NCBI GenBank assembly: GCA_965218095.1
Contig: OZ244587.1
Span: 2,336,001-2,400,000 of the forward strand
Direction: 5' to 3'
Source: Candidatus Poribacteria bacterium
GTDB taxonomy: Bacteria > Poribacteria > WGA-4E > PCPOR2b
DNA length: 64,000 nucleotides
Both the position numbers and the translations under genes were made by a program. The notes under the pieces were generated by a model, which saw nothing but the letters and a program-made list of their open reading frames with translations, was not told the DNA's origin and did not search any database. This document shows, one piece after another, positions 1 through 10,741 of the stretch; the first letter of the stretch is position 1; each line of letters opens with the position of its first letter.

Positions 1-722
1 CGATACCATTTTATCTTGTTAATGAAACATTCAACCCGATGTCTCTCTTTGTATAAGTGTTTGTCATACGTTCTTTGGTCGAGACGATGACTTTTTGGCG
101 GTATCACCGCAATCGCTCCATTCGCCTCAATAACCGCGATAAAAGCGTCCGAATCGTACCCCTTGTCTCCAATCACATATTCACTGTTATATCCGATTAT
201 CAACCCTTCCGCCTCAGTTATGTCATGTCTCTGACCGGGTGTCAGATGAATTCTTAGGGGATTGCCTAGTCCGTTAACTGTGATGTGAATTTTTGTACTG
301 AAACCGCCCCGAGAGCGACCTAATGCTTGGTTTTCAGTGCCACCGTTTTTTTAAGGCGCCCGCCGCAGACGGGTGAGCGCGGCAGATGGTACTGTCCACA
401 ATAAGCGACTTGATATCGGGGTCAGAGGCGAAGTGGTGGTGCATCTGTGTGAAGATACCTTTGTCGCACCATCGAGCAAACCGCTTGTAGCGGGTGTTCG
501 ATTTGCCATAGGTGTCTGGTAGAAGTCTCCATTGAGCGCTGCTACGAGTCACCCACAGAACTGCTTCGACGAAGCGGCGTGTAGCAGCTTCGTCGCCAAC
601 ATAGATGGTGGGACAGCTTAGAAGAAACTGGTATATCTTATTCCATTGTTCATCAGGTAAGGTTATTGGCGTCATTCTTCTATTATGCCACAACCTTATA
701 CTCAAATGTCAACAGAACCTAG
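1..722 (-). mobile_element. IS5-family element, partial at window edge; split transposase (orfA 334-705, orfB runs off the edge)
   Basis: TIR CTAGGTTCTGTTGACATT (reverse complement at 705-722). orfA has QWRLLP/RFARW motifs and orfB has KIHITV/GDKGYDSD. An A7 run at about 346-352 sits at the frame junction. Confidence 0.9.
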
Positions 723-1083
723 TAGAATCAGCCAAAAATCGCGTCGCATTTTTTTATTTTCCTTTCATGCATGAGTGCGCGTCTTAGCCCGCCGGATGGC
801 AATGTTAGCGGCGGCTGTTTTTTGTGGAAATCGATTGGCTTTGGAGTTGATAGTTTCAGATAGTCGAAAACAACGGCTGGAAATGCCGTTCATCAGGCAG
901 AAAGGCGACGGAAAACAACAGTTGGCAGGAACGATGGAGAGGCGTCTCAATAGCGCTTTCGGTTACTCCTACTGTTCTTGAATGTGTTGATTGAACAATT
1001 TCTGGCCTCACTTTCTCAATTTGAACTGCCTTATATTATAGCACAATTTCGCCAGGAATACCATCAGGCAAAACCTAATTTTT

Positions 1084-1104
1084 ACGTAGGGGATACCCCT
1101 ACGT
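1084..1104. repeat. Perfect hairpin ACGTAGGGG-ATA-CCCCTACGT
   Basis: Intergenic 9-bp inverted repeat. Confidence 0.6.
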
Positions 1105-1190
1105 TGAAGCGGTATGCACAAAATCATTAACCGATAGAAACCAAGCTGTGTCTTTCATCCTATTGACGATGATGCGCCTTAAAAATAAAT

Positions 1191-1221
1191 ACCTTGCGAA
1201 GGTTTGGAACCTTCGCAAGGT
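1191..1221. repeat. REP-like palindrome ACCTTGCGAAGGTT-N3-AACCTTCGCAAGGT
   Basis: Related copies at 22084-22112, 7169-7184 (half) and 19905-19919 (variant half). Confidence 0.75.
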
Positions 1222-1977
1222 TCTGTTTATTCTTTTCCACAGCATCCATTAATTTGACTTTGGTACAATTCGCCCCCCGGCCCCCAATTCTAGAGGAGTT
1301 GAACCATTCTCTCGAAGGGTTTTCCTGTCTAATTGGTGCGTCCCGAAAGCCTTGAACTGAAGTTCAGAGCCTGCTCCGATCTATCGGAGTTTCTAGCGAA
1401 GCGAGATCCCGCACAGCGGGGCTCAAAGCTGAATCCACTCTTTGCACTATATACAAACCTTCATCGAATTTAAGAAATGAAGCACTCGTCGTCTTAATTC
1501 CGCTCCACACAATCTTGACACTGTTAGCGCAGAAACCATGCCGAAGTGGATTTCCATGACGAAACAGCGACGCAAACCCGCACTACACCTAGCCAAACGC
1601 AGAAAATAAGGAAAAAACGAAACAGGAAGGGTAAAGAGAGGTAGGAACTTATCGATGAGACTTTCTTGAATTGACGTAGCTTGGAGGCACCTATCAAAGT
1701 GATAAAGATTCTTATCGAAGTGATAAGCGATGTCTCCAGAGAAAGACAATCTGGGACAACGCCGGGATTTGTTGCGACGAAAATCTTGCTCTCACTCCAC
1801 AAAACTGCTATAATTCCACCACAAGAAGGCGTTTATCAGTACATAAGATTCAAATAACATGCCTCGACACCTGACACTCTTGTAGTTGCAAACTTTGGCA
1901 CTGAGCGGATTCAAGCCGAAATTCGTAAAGATCCAATCTGATAATGCGAAAGGTCGGTCATAATTAGAGACATCCAA

Positions 1978-2478
1978 ATGAAAACTCCCAAAACGAAGAT
2001 CACCAATATACTTGATACGCACAGAATTCCCTATCGTTTGTTACCACACAATGAACCCGTTTTCACTGTTGAGGCGGCAGCCAGGCAACGCGGTGTAGTC
2101 ATGGAAGAGATGGTCAAATCGATTTTATTGCGTGACAAAGATGAACATTATGTCATGGCATGCATCATAGGAAATGCACGACTCAACCCGAAGGCTGTGC
2201 GTGTGCACCTGCCCAAAGAATGGAGGCGACTGAGTTTCGCGACGGCAGAGGAGATCTTGACCGTCACTGGCTGCGTTCAGGGAGCCGTCGCGCCACTGGG
2301 ATTGCCTGACAATGTGCCAGTTATTTTTGATGAGGCGATTGCACGCTGCACAAAAGTGAATATTAGCGGTGGTGATCCAATGGTGGGTCTGGAACTTGAC
2401 ACACAAGACTTAATAAGGGTAGCCGGTGCACGCCTTGCGCCAATCTCAGAATTTGAGAAAAATGTAAATGATGGGTGA
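1978..2478 (+). CDS. YbaK/EbsC family aminoacyl-tRNA deacylase
   Basis: MVKSILL (conserved Lys), TGCVQGAVAPLG, ISGG motifs; 166 aa. Confidence 0.88.
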   Translation: MKTPKTKITNILDTHRIPYRLLPHNEPVFTVEAAARQRGVVMEEMVKSILLRDKDEHYVMACIIGNARLNPKAVRVHLPKEWRRLSFATAEEILTVTGCVQGAVAPLGLPDNVPVIFDEAIARCTKVNISGGDPMVGLELDTQDLIRVAGARLAPISEFEKNVNDG

Positions 2479-2559
2479 TTTTACGAACCGCAAAAAGGGG
2501 CATTTCCCAGCCGCTGAGAACCAGGGCGATAGAGCACCGACCCTGCCTCAAACGAATCG

Positions 2560-2597
2560 GCGCCGGTAGTCATATTGACTATCGGTGCTTTTTTTAT
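2560..2597 (+). terminator. Rho-independent terminator
   Basis: GGCGCCGGTAGTCA-tat-TGACTATCGGTGCT stem followed by a T tract. Confidence 0.7.
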
Positions 2598-2689
2598 TTG
2601 TGCAACCTATTTTTCTTGTTTGGCGAGTGAAAGTTTGGTAAGATAAGGGTTGATTCCCGATAATTTCGCGGCGAAATCGACAATTTTAG

Positions 2690-2875
2690 TTGTGCCCGTT
2701 TTCCATCAACCAGGAGGCGATCTTGAAAAAGGTTATGGGGTATTGTGAGGGTAAAGGGTTCAAAAAACTGAATAAAGAACTGTTAGATAGGATTGTTCCA
2801 GGCATCTCACTAGATTTAGCGGAAGAAGGTGAAGTGACCGTATACAATTGTCTGTTTGTAGATACTTACTATTAA
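2690..2875 (+). CDS. Small hypothetical protein or gene fragment
   Basis: 61 aa ORF with protein-like composition; start uncertain. Confidence 0.3.
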   Translation: MCPFSINQEAILKKVMGYCEGKGFKKLNKELLDRIVPGISLDLAEEGEVTVYNCLFVDTYY

Positions 2876-2924
2876 CCGGAAGCTCTTGATTGCGGAAGCA
2901 ACCCGAACAGGACTGGAGTTAATC

Positions 2925-3896
2925 ATGAAAAAGCTACTGATTGTCGGGCCGGGCGGACTCGGCGGCACAATTGCCGCCCTTTTAGCCCGAAGAGGGGAAT
3001 GTGATGTTACCATCGTTGGTCGTCCGGGAGCCCATATTGATACGATTCAGAGGAACGGTCTCCGTCTGACAGGGCTTAAGGAATTTACCGTCCAAATTGA
3101 TGCGATTGATGATGCGAAAAGCATCCAAGAATGCGATATCCTCATCTACACCGTGAAAGCCCAGGACACACAAGCAGCGCTGACGATTACAAAGGATATA
3201 CATGTCCGCAACTTTGTTGCGTCTCTGCAGAATGGCGTGATAAAAGACGAAATGTTGGCCAGCACCTTCGGAAAGGAGAAAGTGCTCGGGGCCCTGGCTG
3301 TTGTGGCGGGAGAGCGTCCAGCGCCGGGAATCGTGAATTGGACGTACGATGGCGGCACACAATTTGGCGAACTGGAGGGCCAAACGTCAGGACGTGTGGA
3401 TGAAATCGTGGATATTTTTCAACAGGCCGGGCTCATCACGCAATCCTCCGACGCTATTCTGTCCGCCACATGGTCAAAAATGGTCGGTTGGATACCCATC
3501 GGACTGCTTGCGACTCTGTCGAGACAGAGTAATGCAGGCGTTCTCTCGAACAGACTGCTTGCTACAGAGTATGTCGGAATGGTCCGCGAACTTAACGGTC
3601 TGGCTGCGGCGAAAGGAATCCCCTTAACTAATCTCGGTCCCTACCATGTCAAAACGTGGTGTCAGGGAACCGCAGAAGCGGCAATCGAAAAGATAATGAC
3701 ATCACCTTTAGCGAGCAGCCAATCAACCCACTCTGCTCTCCAGGATATACAGAAAGGCCAGACTACGGAATTCCAAGCGTGTGTCGGTCCCATGCTCAAG
3801 GAGGCGAGGGAGCATTCAATCCCCATGAAGGGAATACAGATGCTGTATGCCACGCTTATAGGATTAGAGGAAACCCTGAAGCGAGCGTCATACTGA
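2925..3896 (+). CDS. Ketopantoate reductase (PanE/ApbA) family protein
   Basis: GPGGLG Rossmann motif, VKAQDT, SLQNG, WSKM, SALQD..E; RBS GGAG before ATG 2925. Confidence 0.88.
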   Translation: MKKLLIVGPGGLGGTIAALLARRGECDVTIVGRPGAHIDTIQRNGLRLTGLKEFTVQIDAIDDAKSIQECDILIYTVKAQDTQAALTITKDIHVRNFVASLQNGVIKDEMLASTFGKEKVLGALAVVAGERPAPGIVNWTYDGGTQFGELEGQTSGRVDEIVDIFQQAGLITQSSDAILSATWSKMVGWIPIGLLATLSRQSNAGVLSNRLLATEYVGMVRELNGLAAAKGIPLTNLGPYHVKTWCQGTAEAAIEKIMTSPLASSQSTHSALQDIQKGQTTEFQACVGPMLKEAREHSIPMKGIQMLYATLIGLEETLKRASY

Positions 3897-3973
3897 ATTC
3901 GGCTTGTTTTTTTCCCCTCTGGGGCGTTTGATAGGGCAATAGGGAAAAGTTCTGCTGCGATGCGCAAGCCACC

Positions 3974-4783
3974 TCAATATCCCCGGCTGTGCATGAACTC
4001 AATCAGGTGCTGACGACGCGGCCCCGCTGTCTTGACCAGATGTTCTGAGAATTGCGTCTGGGTATCGTTCCTGCACCTTGTTTTGTATAGTTCGCCATGG
4101 TGGACGAGCCACTCGACATGCCAATCCTCCGTCGGCTTCGCACCGAAGGTCAGCCCTAAAAAGCGACGACCCGAATGCCCACCCCACGATGAGTGCGCCA
4201 ATTTCTGGTTGAAGAAGAAGATGTCGCCCGGTCGAGTTCTAGTGGGAACTGCGCCGGGGAAGGCAGTCGGCAGCACGCCCGCTGGGGTCAAGGCGTCGGC
4301 GTCAGTTGGGTTTCCCATTGCCATCAAAGCCCGTATCGACTCAGCGTACCCTTTCTTGTGGCTTCCCGGCAGCAACCACAGAGACCCCGGACCTTCGCTG
4401 TGGTCGTCCAGATACATAATCACCTTGAGCATTAGGTATTCGCTCGCCTTGCCCTCTTCCATCGGAATGACCGTATCCTGGTGCCAACGGGAGTTTCCTG
4501 GAGTACGCTGGGCATCTGATGCGACTAGCACGAAGTCCTCACCCATCAAGTTTTCCAGCGTGTCCAGAATCCGAGGGGCGTCGAGGTAATGATGGCAGAA
4601 CCCCTCATGTATGCTGAGTCCCGGATAAGCTATTTGCCTTTCGCCCGCGAAACGTCCACACTGAGCATCGCAGCCCTCGTCAAACCAACGGGAGAACTCT
4701 TCTATCTCCTCTGGGCGAAAGAGTCCCCGTCTGATAATGAATCCGAATGTGTCAAAGTAGACTTTCTCTTGTTCTTGCGTCAT
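3974..4783 (-). CDS. Phytanoyl-CoA dioxygenase (PhyH) family Fe(II)/2OG dioxygenase
   Basis: FDTFGF N-terminus, WHQD (HxD), LPGSH, distal His in LAHSS; RBS AGGAGG. Confidence 0.88.
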   Translation of the reverse strand: MTQEQEKVYFDTFGFIIRRGLFRPEEIEEFSRWFDEGCDAQCGRFAGERQIAYPGLSIHEGFCHHYLDAPRILDTLENLMGEDFVLVASDAQRTPGNSRWHQDTVIPMEEGKASEYLMLKVIMYLDDHSEGPGSLWLLPGSHKKGYAESIRALMAMGNPTDADALTPAGVLPTAFPGAVPTRTRPGDIFFFNQKLAHSSWGGHSGRRFLGLTFGAKPTEDWHVEWLVHHGELYKTRCRNDTQTQFSEHLVKTAGPRRQHLIEFMHSRGY

Positions 4784-4878
4784 TGTGATTTCCTCCTGTT
4801 GTTCTGTACACAACATTTGACAGGTTCATAGTGGCGACTTTAGTCGCTTTTCAACGACTGAAGTCATCACTAAAAAAG

Positions 4879-5062
4879 CAACAAAGTTCTACGTACTCTC
4901 GGCACGCATCACGACAACAAGTAGATTATAGTACACCGACGCTCCCTGCGTCAACAAAGTTCTACGTACTCTCGGCACGCACCACGACAACAAGTAGATT
5001 ATAGTACACCGACGCTCCCTGCGTCAACAAAGTTCTACGTACTCTCGGCGCGCATCACGACA
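4879..5062. repeat. 73-bp tandem repeat (about 2.5 copies) containing a sigma70-like promoter on the minus strand
   Basis: Units start at 4879, 4952 and 5025. Each full unit reads TTGACG-N18-TATAAT on the minus strand. Confidence 0.9.
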
Positions 5063-5916
5063 GTGGCAGCTTCAAGTTCCCAGGTCTCGTTATAAACGGT
5101 CGGGCGCGGCCGAGGGGGTGGGTAACCGGGTGGCCGGTTGTTCGGGTCGAGCAACTCCAGGCGATCGCGACCGCGAGGTTTATCCAGCCATTCCCGCTCT
5201 GCTTCGGCTACCTCGACTTCCCGCTGCAAGATGAACTCCACGTAATCGAACCCAGAGATGGCGACATGGGCAAGAAACACCCGTTTAACATCACGACCAT
5301 CCCATGTCGCCAGGTCAGGCACAATAACAGGGCCTGTACAGATTTGAAACTCCTCATCCACCGTGTTGAGGTTGATGACGTTTGCGGGATATTCGACTGA
5401 AATCGTAAGCCCTCGCGCTGCGTCACGGTAAGTAGACCGCGCATTGAGTAAGTCATTTCTCAGGGTCGCATCCACGATTTGTCTGACGTCCGTCAATTCG
5501 GAGGGGTTGGGATGCGCCCGCACATCAATTTTGTAATCCTGGAAAGCTTCACTTAGCTTCAAGCTTCTCAGCTTTGCTATCGGCTTTGTTGCCGGGGCGT
5601 CTTCCTGTTCGTCACTCGGTCTCGTCGCAATAGCCAGCCGGGATTCACGGTTGAAAGCCATGCGCCACTCGCCGCTAGGAATCTGGAATAAGTTTCGGGA
5701 CGCAATCGTGTATTCGGTGCGGCACGGCGCTCCCACAAACAGTTCTGCGACATGGCCGCTCGCCTCGTCGCGTACTTCGCACTTCGCTTCGAGATTGAAT
5801 CTGACGTGATAAACCTGGCCGGGCTTTCCTACGAAACCGCCGGTATACCGGTAATACGGGTCTGGCGACCATGGGTACGTTTTCCAGGTAAATGTTGAGC
5901 GTGAAAAATCAATCAT
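5035..5916 (-). CDS. Hypothetical protein (293 aa)
   Basis: Long ORF with AGGAGA RBS, co-oriented in a catabolic cluster; no family recognised. Confidence 0.75.
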   Translation of the reverse strand: MIDFSRSTFTWKTYPWSPDPYYRYTGGFVGKPGQVYHVRFNLEAKCEVRDEASGHVAELFVGAPCRTEYTIASRNLFQIPSGEWRMAFNRESRLAIATRPSDEQEDAPATKPIAKLRSLKLSEAFQDYKIDVRAHPNPSELTDVRQIVDATLRNDLLNARSTYRDAARGLTISVEYPANVINLNTVDEEFQICTGPVIVPDLATWDGRDVKRVFLAHVAISGFDYVEFILQREVEVAEAEREWLDKPRGRDRLELLDPNNRPPGYPPPRPRPTVYNETWELEAATVVMRAEST

Positions 5917-5983
5917 CGTTCATCTCCTTATTCATAATGGTGACTGGTGAGTGGTAGAGTGGTGAGTGGTGAATCTCCTTGCA

Positions 5984-7157
5984 TCACAAGAGCGGTGTGG
6001 AGCTATCTCTGGTTACATAGCGATGTCCCGGAAAAGGAATGTGTTCTGCGCGGGACGTCACTACATCCATGTCCAGTTCGATACCCAGCCCGGGGTGTTT
6101 GGCTAACTCATTGACATCCACATAGCCCTTGACAATTGGCACCTTCAGACGTTGTGTCTGGTCGAACCAGGGCTGGATGGGACAATGTTCGAGGATGAGG
6201 AAGTTCTGCATCGCCGCGCAGGCGTGGGCACAGGCGGCTAAAGCGATAGGTCCGTAAGGATTGTGCGGTGCCATCAAGATACCGTAAACTTCCGCAAAAT
6301 GCGCGATTTTCATCAACTCGCTGATGCCGCCGGCGTGGCTGATGTCGGCCTGACACACATCGATTGCTTGCCCCTCGAACCACGGGCGGAAATCCCAGCG
6401 GGTGATTAAGCGCTCTCCAACAAGCAATCTTGACGTCAGGAAAATCCCGTTTCAAGCGCAAGGTCGGTTCGACGGTGTCCTGATTGGTTGGCTCCTCGAC
6501 GAACAGCATGTTCAGGGGACGCAAGCCTTCAATCAAGCGGTGCGCCTGCTGCGGGTTAAACATCCCAACCACGTCGATCATCAGCGCCACATTGGGCCCC
6601 AGCACCTCACGGAACCGTGAATGTTCTTTGATTGCTACCTGAACCTGTTTGTCGCCGTCGTAGGGCTGGATCAGCGTCCCCCAGCCGTGCTTGAAGGCGT
6701 CGAAGCCCATTTCGAGGCTGCGTCGGGCGGCGGTGTCTCGGTCGACGCCGTAGAACTCGGGTCCATAGCGAATGTAGCAACGAACCCTTTCGCGAACCTT
6801 CCCTCCCAGCAGTTTGAACACAGGCAATCCCGCTGCCTTGCCGGCGATGTCCCACAGCGCCTGGTCAACCCCGCTCACGGCGCTGGTATGGACGACCCCG
6901 CGCTTCCACCAGAAATCGCGATACCCCAGTTGCCAGATACGCTCAATGTCGGTCGGATCCATTCCAACTAGGCGCGGCTTGAGCTCGGTTTCAACCTGCG
7001 CTTTGACCGCCAGTTCATGATACTTGGTCGTTGCTTCGCCGATGCCGGTGAGCCCTTCATCTGTCTCGACTTCGACGAAGATCCAGTTGCGGCAAAGCCC
7101 CGGCCCATCAGGGCGCGGAATGTTCATGATGTGACATTTAATGTCAGTAATCTTCAT
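5984..7157 (-). pseudogene. Mandelate racemase/galactonate dehydratase-like enolase-superfamily gene, frameshifted
   Basis: MKITDIK, SGVDQALWDIAGK, FVEEP in one frame; VGERL..QADISHAGGI..APHN in another. Shift near 6423. Confidence 0.85.
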
Positions 7158-7192
7158 TCAATCCCTCCAAACCTTCGCAAGGTTGCGTTCAT

Positions 7193-8065
7193 TCATGACA
7201 CTTTCGGATTGTTGAGCTTAAGACCGATGACGCCGGTATCGTCGAAGCGGTGAACGACCAAATTATCCAGCGAGGCAGCGAGGAGGATGTCGCGGTTGGG
7301 ACCGGCAAAGGCCACATCCGTCGGCCCGCGCAATGCCTCACCCATCTAGTCGTCGCAGAAAAGTTCCATGCGTTTGGACTTCAGGTCGAAGACGTAAATG
7401 GCGTCTGGTCGGCGATATGCAATCCACAATCGCTCTTCGGCGTCAAACGCGATGCCGTCGGGGACGTGGCGCGGCATGTGGACGACACGTTCGAACTCGC
7501 CTGCCGAGCCGTCAGGGTTGATTGCGATGCGTGCGATTGCGGCGCCGAAGGTTTCGACGAAGTAGAGATACTTCTCCTCGGCGTCGAGCGCAATGGCGTT
7601 GGGGGTGTCGACGGGGTCGGGAAACCACAATTCCGGTTCGCCCCCACCGGGCTTAATCTTGTAGATATGGCTGTTAATCGTATGTGACCAGTCGCCGCTG
7701 TCCGACACGTACATAACCCCCTGTCTGTCGAAAACGGGGTAGTTGGTGCACATGAACTCGCTCTCACCAAGACCGGTAGCGTACAAGTTAATCTTCCCAT
7801 CAGGCGTAATTTTCAACACGTCACCGGCGGTGTGCGCCACATACAGATTACCATCGGCATCGACCACCGAGCCGAGACAACGCGCTTCGGTCATGGCGAA
7901 CTGTTCACCCTGGTTCGTGTCTAGATTAATCCGGTACACCTACCTGGTAACCGGTGCCGGTGGTAAACGCTTCACCGTTGGAGCCGACGCCAATTGATTC
8001 GGGGTGATCGACACCGCTGATGTGAACGATTCTTTCTTTGTCGAAGGGTTGGATCATGGGGACAT
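7193..8065 (-). pseudogene. SMP-30/gluconolactonase/LRE family gene, disrupted
   Basis: DHPES, TPNAIA, VPDGIAFD, GPTDVAFAG blade motifs. An AGGT duplication at about 7938-7945 shifts the frame; in-frame TAG at 7346-7348. Confidence 0.85.
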
Positions 8066-8167
8066 TATCCTTTGAAAATTACTTAATTCACGACGACTCT
8101 GTATCTTGTATCCTGATCACGATTCAAGATGCAGGATGCAGGATGCAGATAGGATGGTACTTGTGCT

Positions 8168-9022
8168 TCACTCCTCTTTTTTGTTATAAAACTCATCCCG
8201 AATCGTGCGCCAATTGTATCGCGGCTTCCAACCCAGCGCCTTTTGCAGCATTGATGCGTTGTATGGACACTGATGTCCATCGAAAGGGGCGCGCAGATCG
8301 GTCACGTCCGGATAGAATTTCTCAAGCAACTGCTTCGTGGGGGATTCGACACATACGTCCTCGGCTGCGACGTTAAATGGCATAAAACCCTGCACATCGG
8401 ACTCCAACCACGCCTGGCACGCCGTTGCAACATCGCGGGCGTCGATGTAACACCACAGCACATCCGCCGCCGACTCGTCCGATTCGGTGTGTTTTTTCAG
8501 CCGCGAATCGAAGGCGCTTTCGTACACGATTCGCCCAAGACGAAACCCGGCGATGGACATGCCGAACCAGCGACAGTAGTCCGCTGCCAATGTTTCCAGC
8601 ATCACCTTCGATGCGCCGTAGATATTCGGAGGAGCCAGCGGAGTTTCCTCGGTGAGCGGCAGATGCCTCAGTTTAAGTGGATACCCGTAGACCTCCATGC
8701 TCGACGCCCAAGCGATCCGCTTGATTCCCAAGTTAGCGCATGCCTGAAAGACGTTGAACCCGCCAACGGTGACGTTGTGAAATGTCTCTGTCCAACTTGA
8801 CCAGGCGGTGGTGGGATAGCTACCGAAGTGGACGACGCCGTCCGCACCAGCAAGCAAATCGTGCAGCCCCGCGCCGTCGAGAATATCGTGCTGCACATAG
8901 CCTGTCGTTGGTCCTGCTGGTTTGACATCAATGCCAAGCACATCGTAACCCGCCCTCCGCAGCACCTTCACAATGCTGGGGCCCGTGCCGCCTTTTGCTC
9001 CCGTGACAACGATTTGTTTCAT
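8168..9022 (-). CDS. NAD-dependent epimerase/dehydratase family protein
   Basis: VTGAKGGTG, ASS, YGASK (YxxxK) motifs. Confidence 0.9.
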   Translation of the reverse strand: MKQIVVTGAKGGTGPSIVKVLRRAGYDVLGIDVKPAGPTTGYVQHDILDGAGLHDLLAGADGVVHFGSYPTTAWSSWTETFHNVTVGGFNVFQACANLGIKRIAWASSMEVYGYPLKLRHLPLTEETPLAPPNIYGASKVMLETLAADYCRWFGMSIAGFRLGRIVYESAFDSRLKKHTESDESAADVLWCYIDARDVATACQAWLESDVQGFMPFNVAAEDVCVESPTKQLLEKFYPDVTDLRAPFDGHQCPYNASMLQKALGWKPRYNWRTIRDEFYNKKEE

Positions 9023-9253
9023 GAGTTCTCCTTCCAGATTCGATAGTAGAACATGTCCGATTCTCGGACGAGCACTGCCGGCTGTAAGCGTGCGAAATCG
9101 TGTGGGTGGGGAATTACGTTAAAAACCCGCACGGTGCGAGGGTTATGCCGTGAAATTTAGCTTAAATTGACAAATGATAAATTTCACCCAAAACAAAGGT
9201 GGGAAGTGAAAACCAGCGAGTGCAACAAAAAGAAACAAATATAACGACTTGTG

Positions 9254-10043
9254 CTAGGTTCTGTTGACATTTCATCGTAACCAGATAATCGCAGCAACGA
9301 AACTCAGAAACCCCAAATAGCGACCCGCCAACTTATCAAAACGACTGAAGATACGCCTATAGTGCTTGATTTTGTTGATGAAGCATTCCACCCGATGTCT
9401 CTCTCGGTACAGATGCGTATCATAGTCTCGTGACTCACGGCGGTTGATACGGGGACGAATCACTAGCTCTGCACCCATACGGGTTATCAACTGCCCCAAT
9501 GAATCCGCGTCATACGCTGAGTCGGCTATCACATACTCACTGCTATACCCTTCCGCACAAGTCATGGCGTGGCGTTGTCCAGCCGTCAGCGCAAAACGTA
9601 ATGGATTGCCTAAGCCATCAACCGTGATGTGAATTTTGGTTGAAAATCCACCCGCACTACGTCCGAGTGCCTGTGAGGCTTGACCGCCACTTGTTTTCAA
9701 AGCCCCTGCAGCACAGGGGTGAGCGCGGCAGATGGTACTGTCACCATATCTGGGTCGTTGACAAAGTGTTGATGCAGCCGTTGGAAGATGCCTTTATCGC
9801 ACCAGCGAGCGAATCATTTATAGACGCTGTTCCAACTGCCGTACTCTTTTGGTAGGAGTCGCCATTGACTACCACTACAAGTTATCCAAAGCACTGCTTG
9901 GACAAAACGTTTTAAGTTCGCTTGCTGTCCGGTGTAGACATCGGAACAGGTTTGCAGGAATGCTGCTATTTTTGACCATTGATTATCGGATAAGGTAAGT
10001 GTTGACATATCGTTATTATGCCATAAATGTCAACAGAACCTAG
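9254..10043 (-). mobile_element. IS5-family element, diverged isoform, degenerate transposase
   Basis: CTAGGTTCTGTTGACATT TIR at both ends. orfA 9814-10008 has an internal TGA; orfB 9272-9700 has ADSAYDAD and RHRVECFINKIK. Confidence 0.9.
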
Positions 10044-10180
10044 CACAAGTCGTAAATATATCACTTATATCACTCGCCAAAATTGGAAAATCTGACATTT
10101 GACCCATTTGGTCAAATTTTGTTATATCAGTTGTTTTGACATGCCCGAAGATGGCGAGGCGATAATAGAAAATAAAACCA

Positions 10181-10387
10181 TTACAGAATGATTCCAAAGG
10201 TGGTGAGTGCCCCAACTACGATTAGGGCAAGACCAAGAATACAATGGAAAATTCGGGCACCGTATCTTCCAAAAGTCTTGACTACCATTCTAGCTTTGAA
10301 GGTATTGAAGAACCAATCCCAGTTAAAAATTCCACCCATAAAGGAAAGGACGCCGGTTGCAACGAATATCAACCCGATAGGATTTAT
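10181..10387 (-). CDS. Imm17-like small membrane immunity protein; start codon appears mutated to ATA
   Basis: GGIFNWDWFF...GARIFHCILG two-helix pattern; RBS AGAGGAG precedes in-frame ATA at 10387. Confidence 0.6.
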   Translation of the reverse strand: MNPIGLIFVATGVLSFMGGIFNWDWFFNTFKARMVVKTFGRYGARIFHCILGLALIVVGALTTFGIIL

Positions 10388-10409
10388 TTCTTTCTCCTCT
10401 TAATTTCGA

Positions 10410-10517
10410 CTCGTTCCCACGCTCCCGCGTGGGAATGCATTCTTGGACGCTCTGCGTCCTTAGGTTGATACGAATGGGGAGAATTCCACAAACTCCCCCA
10501 GCATTGGGGGCCAGGGG
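10410..10517. repeat. Cluster of REP-like hairpins (CTCGTTCCCACGCT..GCGTGGGAATG, GGACGCTCTGCGTCC, CCCCCAGCATTGGGGG)
   Basis: Inverted repeats, related to 19872-19901 and about 1273-1297. Confidence 0.65.
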
Positions 10518-10534
10518 ACGCACACAAAGTCAAA

Positions 10535-10710
10535 TTACTACCCCTTCTTCTTATCCACACCCGTTGATCAACGGCTCGCCTTTGACATAATAATGCAGGT
10601 TATCAATGAACAAGTGTAGGGTTCGCGCGTGAATGTGCTGCGATGACCCGGCGCTATGGGCTGTCAAGCTCACATTCGGTTCCGTCCATCACCGGCTCTC
10701 CGGTGGACAT
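10535..10710 (-). pseudogene. C-terminal remnant of a D-2-hydroxyacid dehydrogenase
   Basis: Manual translation PPESR*WTEPNVSLTAHSAG..GEPLIN/VDKKKG*. Confidence 0.7.
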
Positions 10711-10741
10711 GGCGCAGTTACGCCTAACTTTCTGGTTTATG

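Noticed and set aside
765-1802. Short ORFs between the IS and ybaK
   Set aside because: No clear RBS or motifs, and the frames conflict; cannot be supported as genes.
4879-5062. CRISPR array (38-bp repeat, 35-bp spacer geometry)
   Set aside because: The spacers are identical, the repeat overlaps a gene end, and there are no cas genes; it is a tandem repeat.
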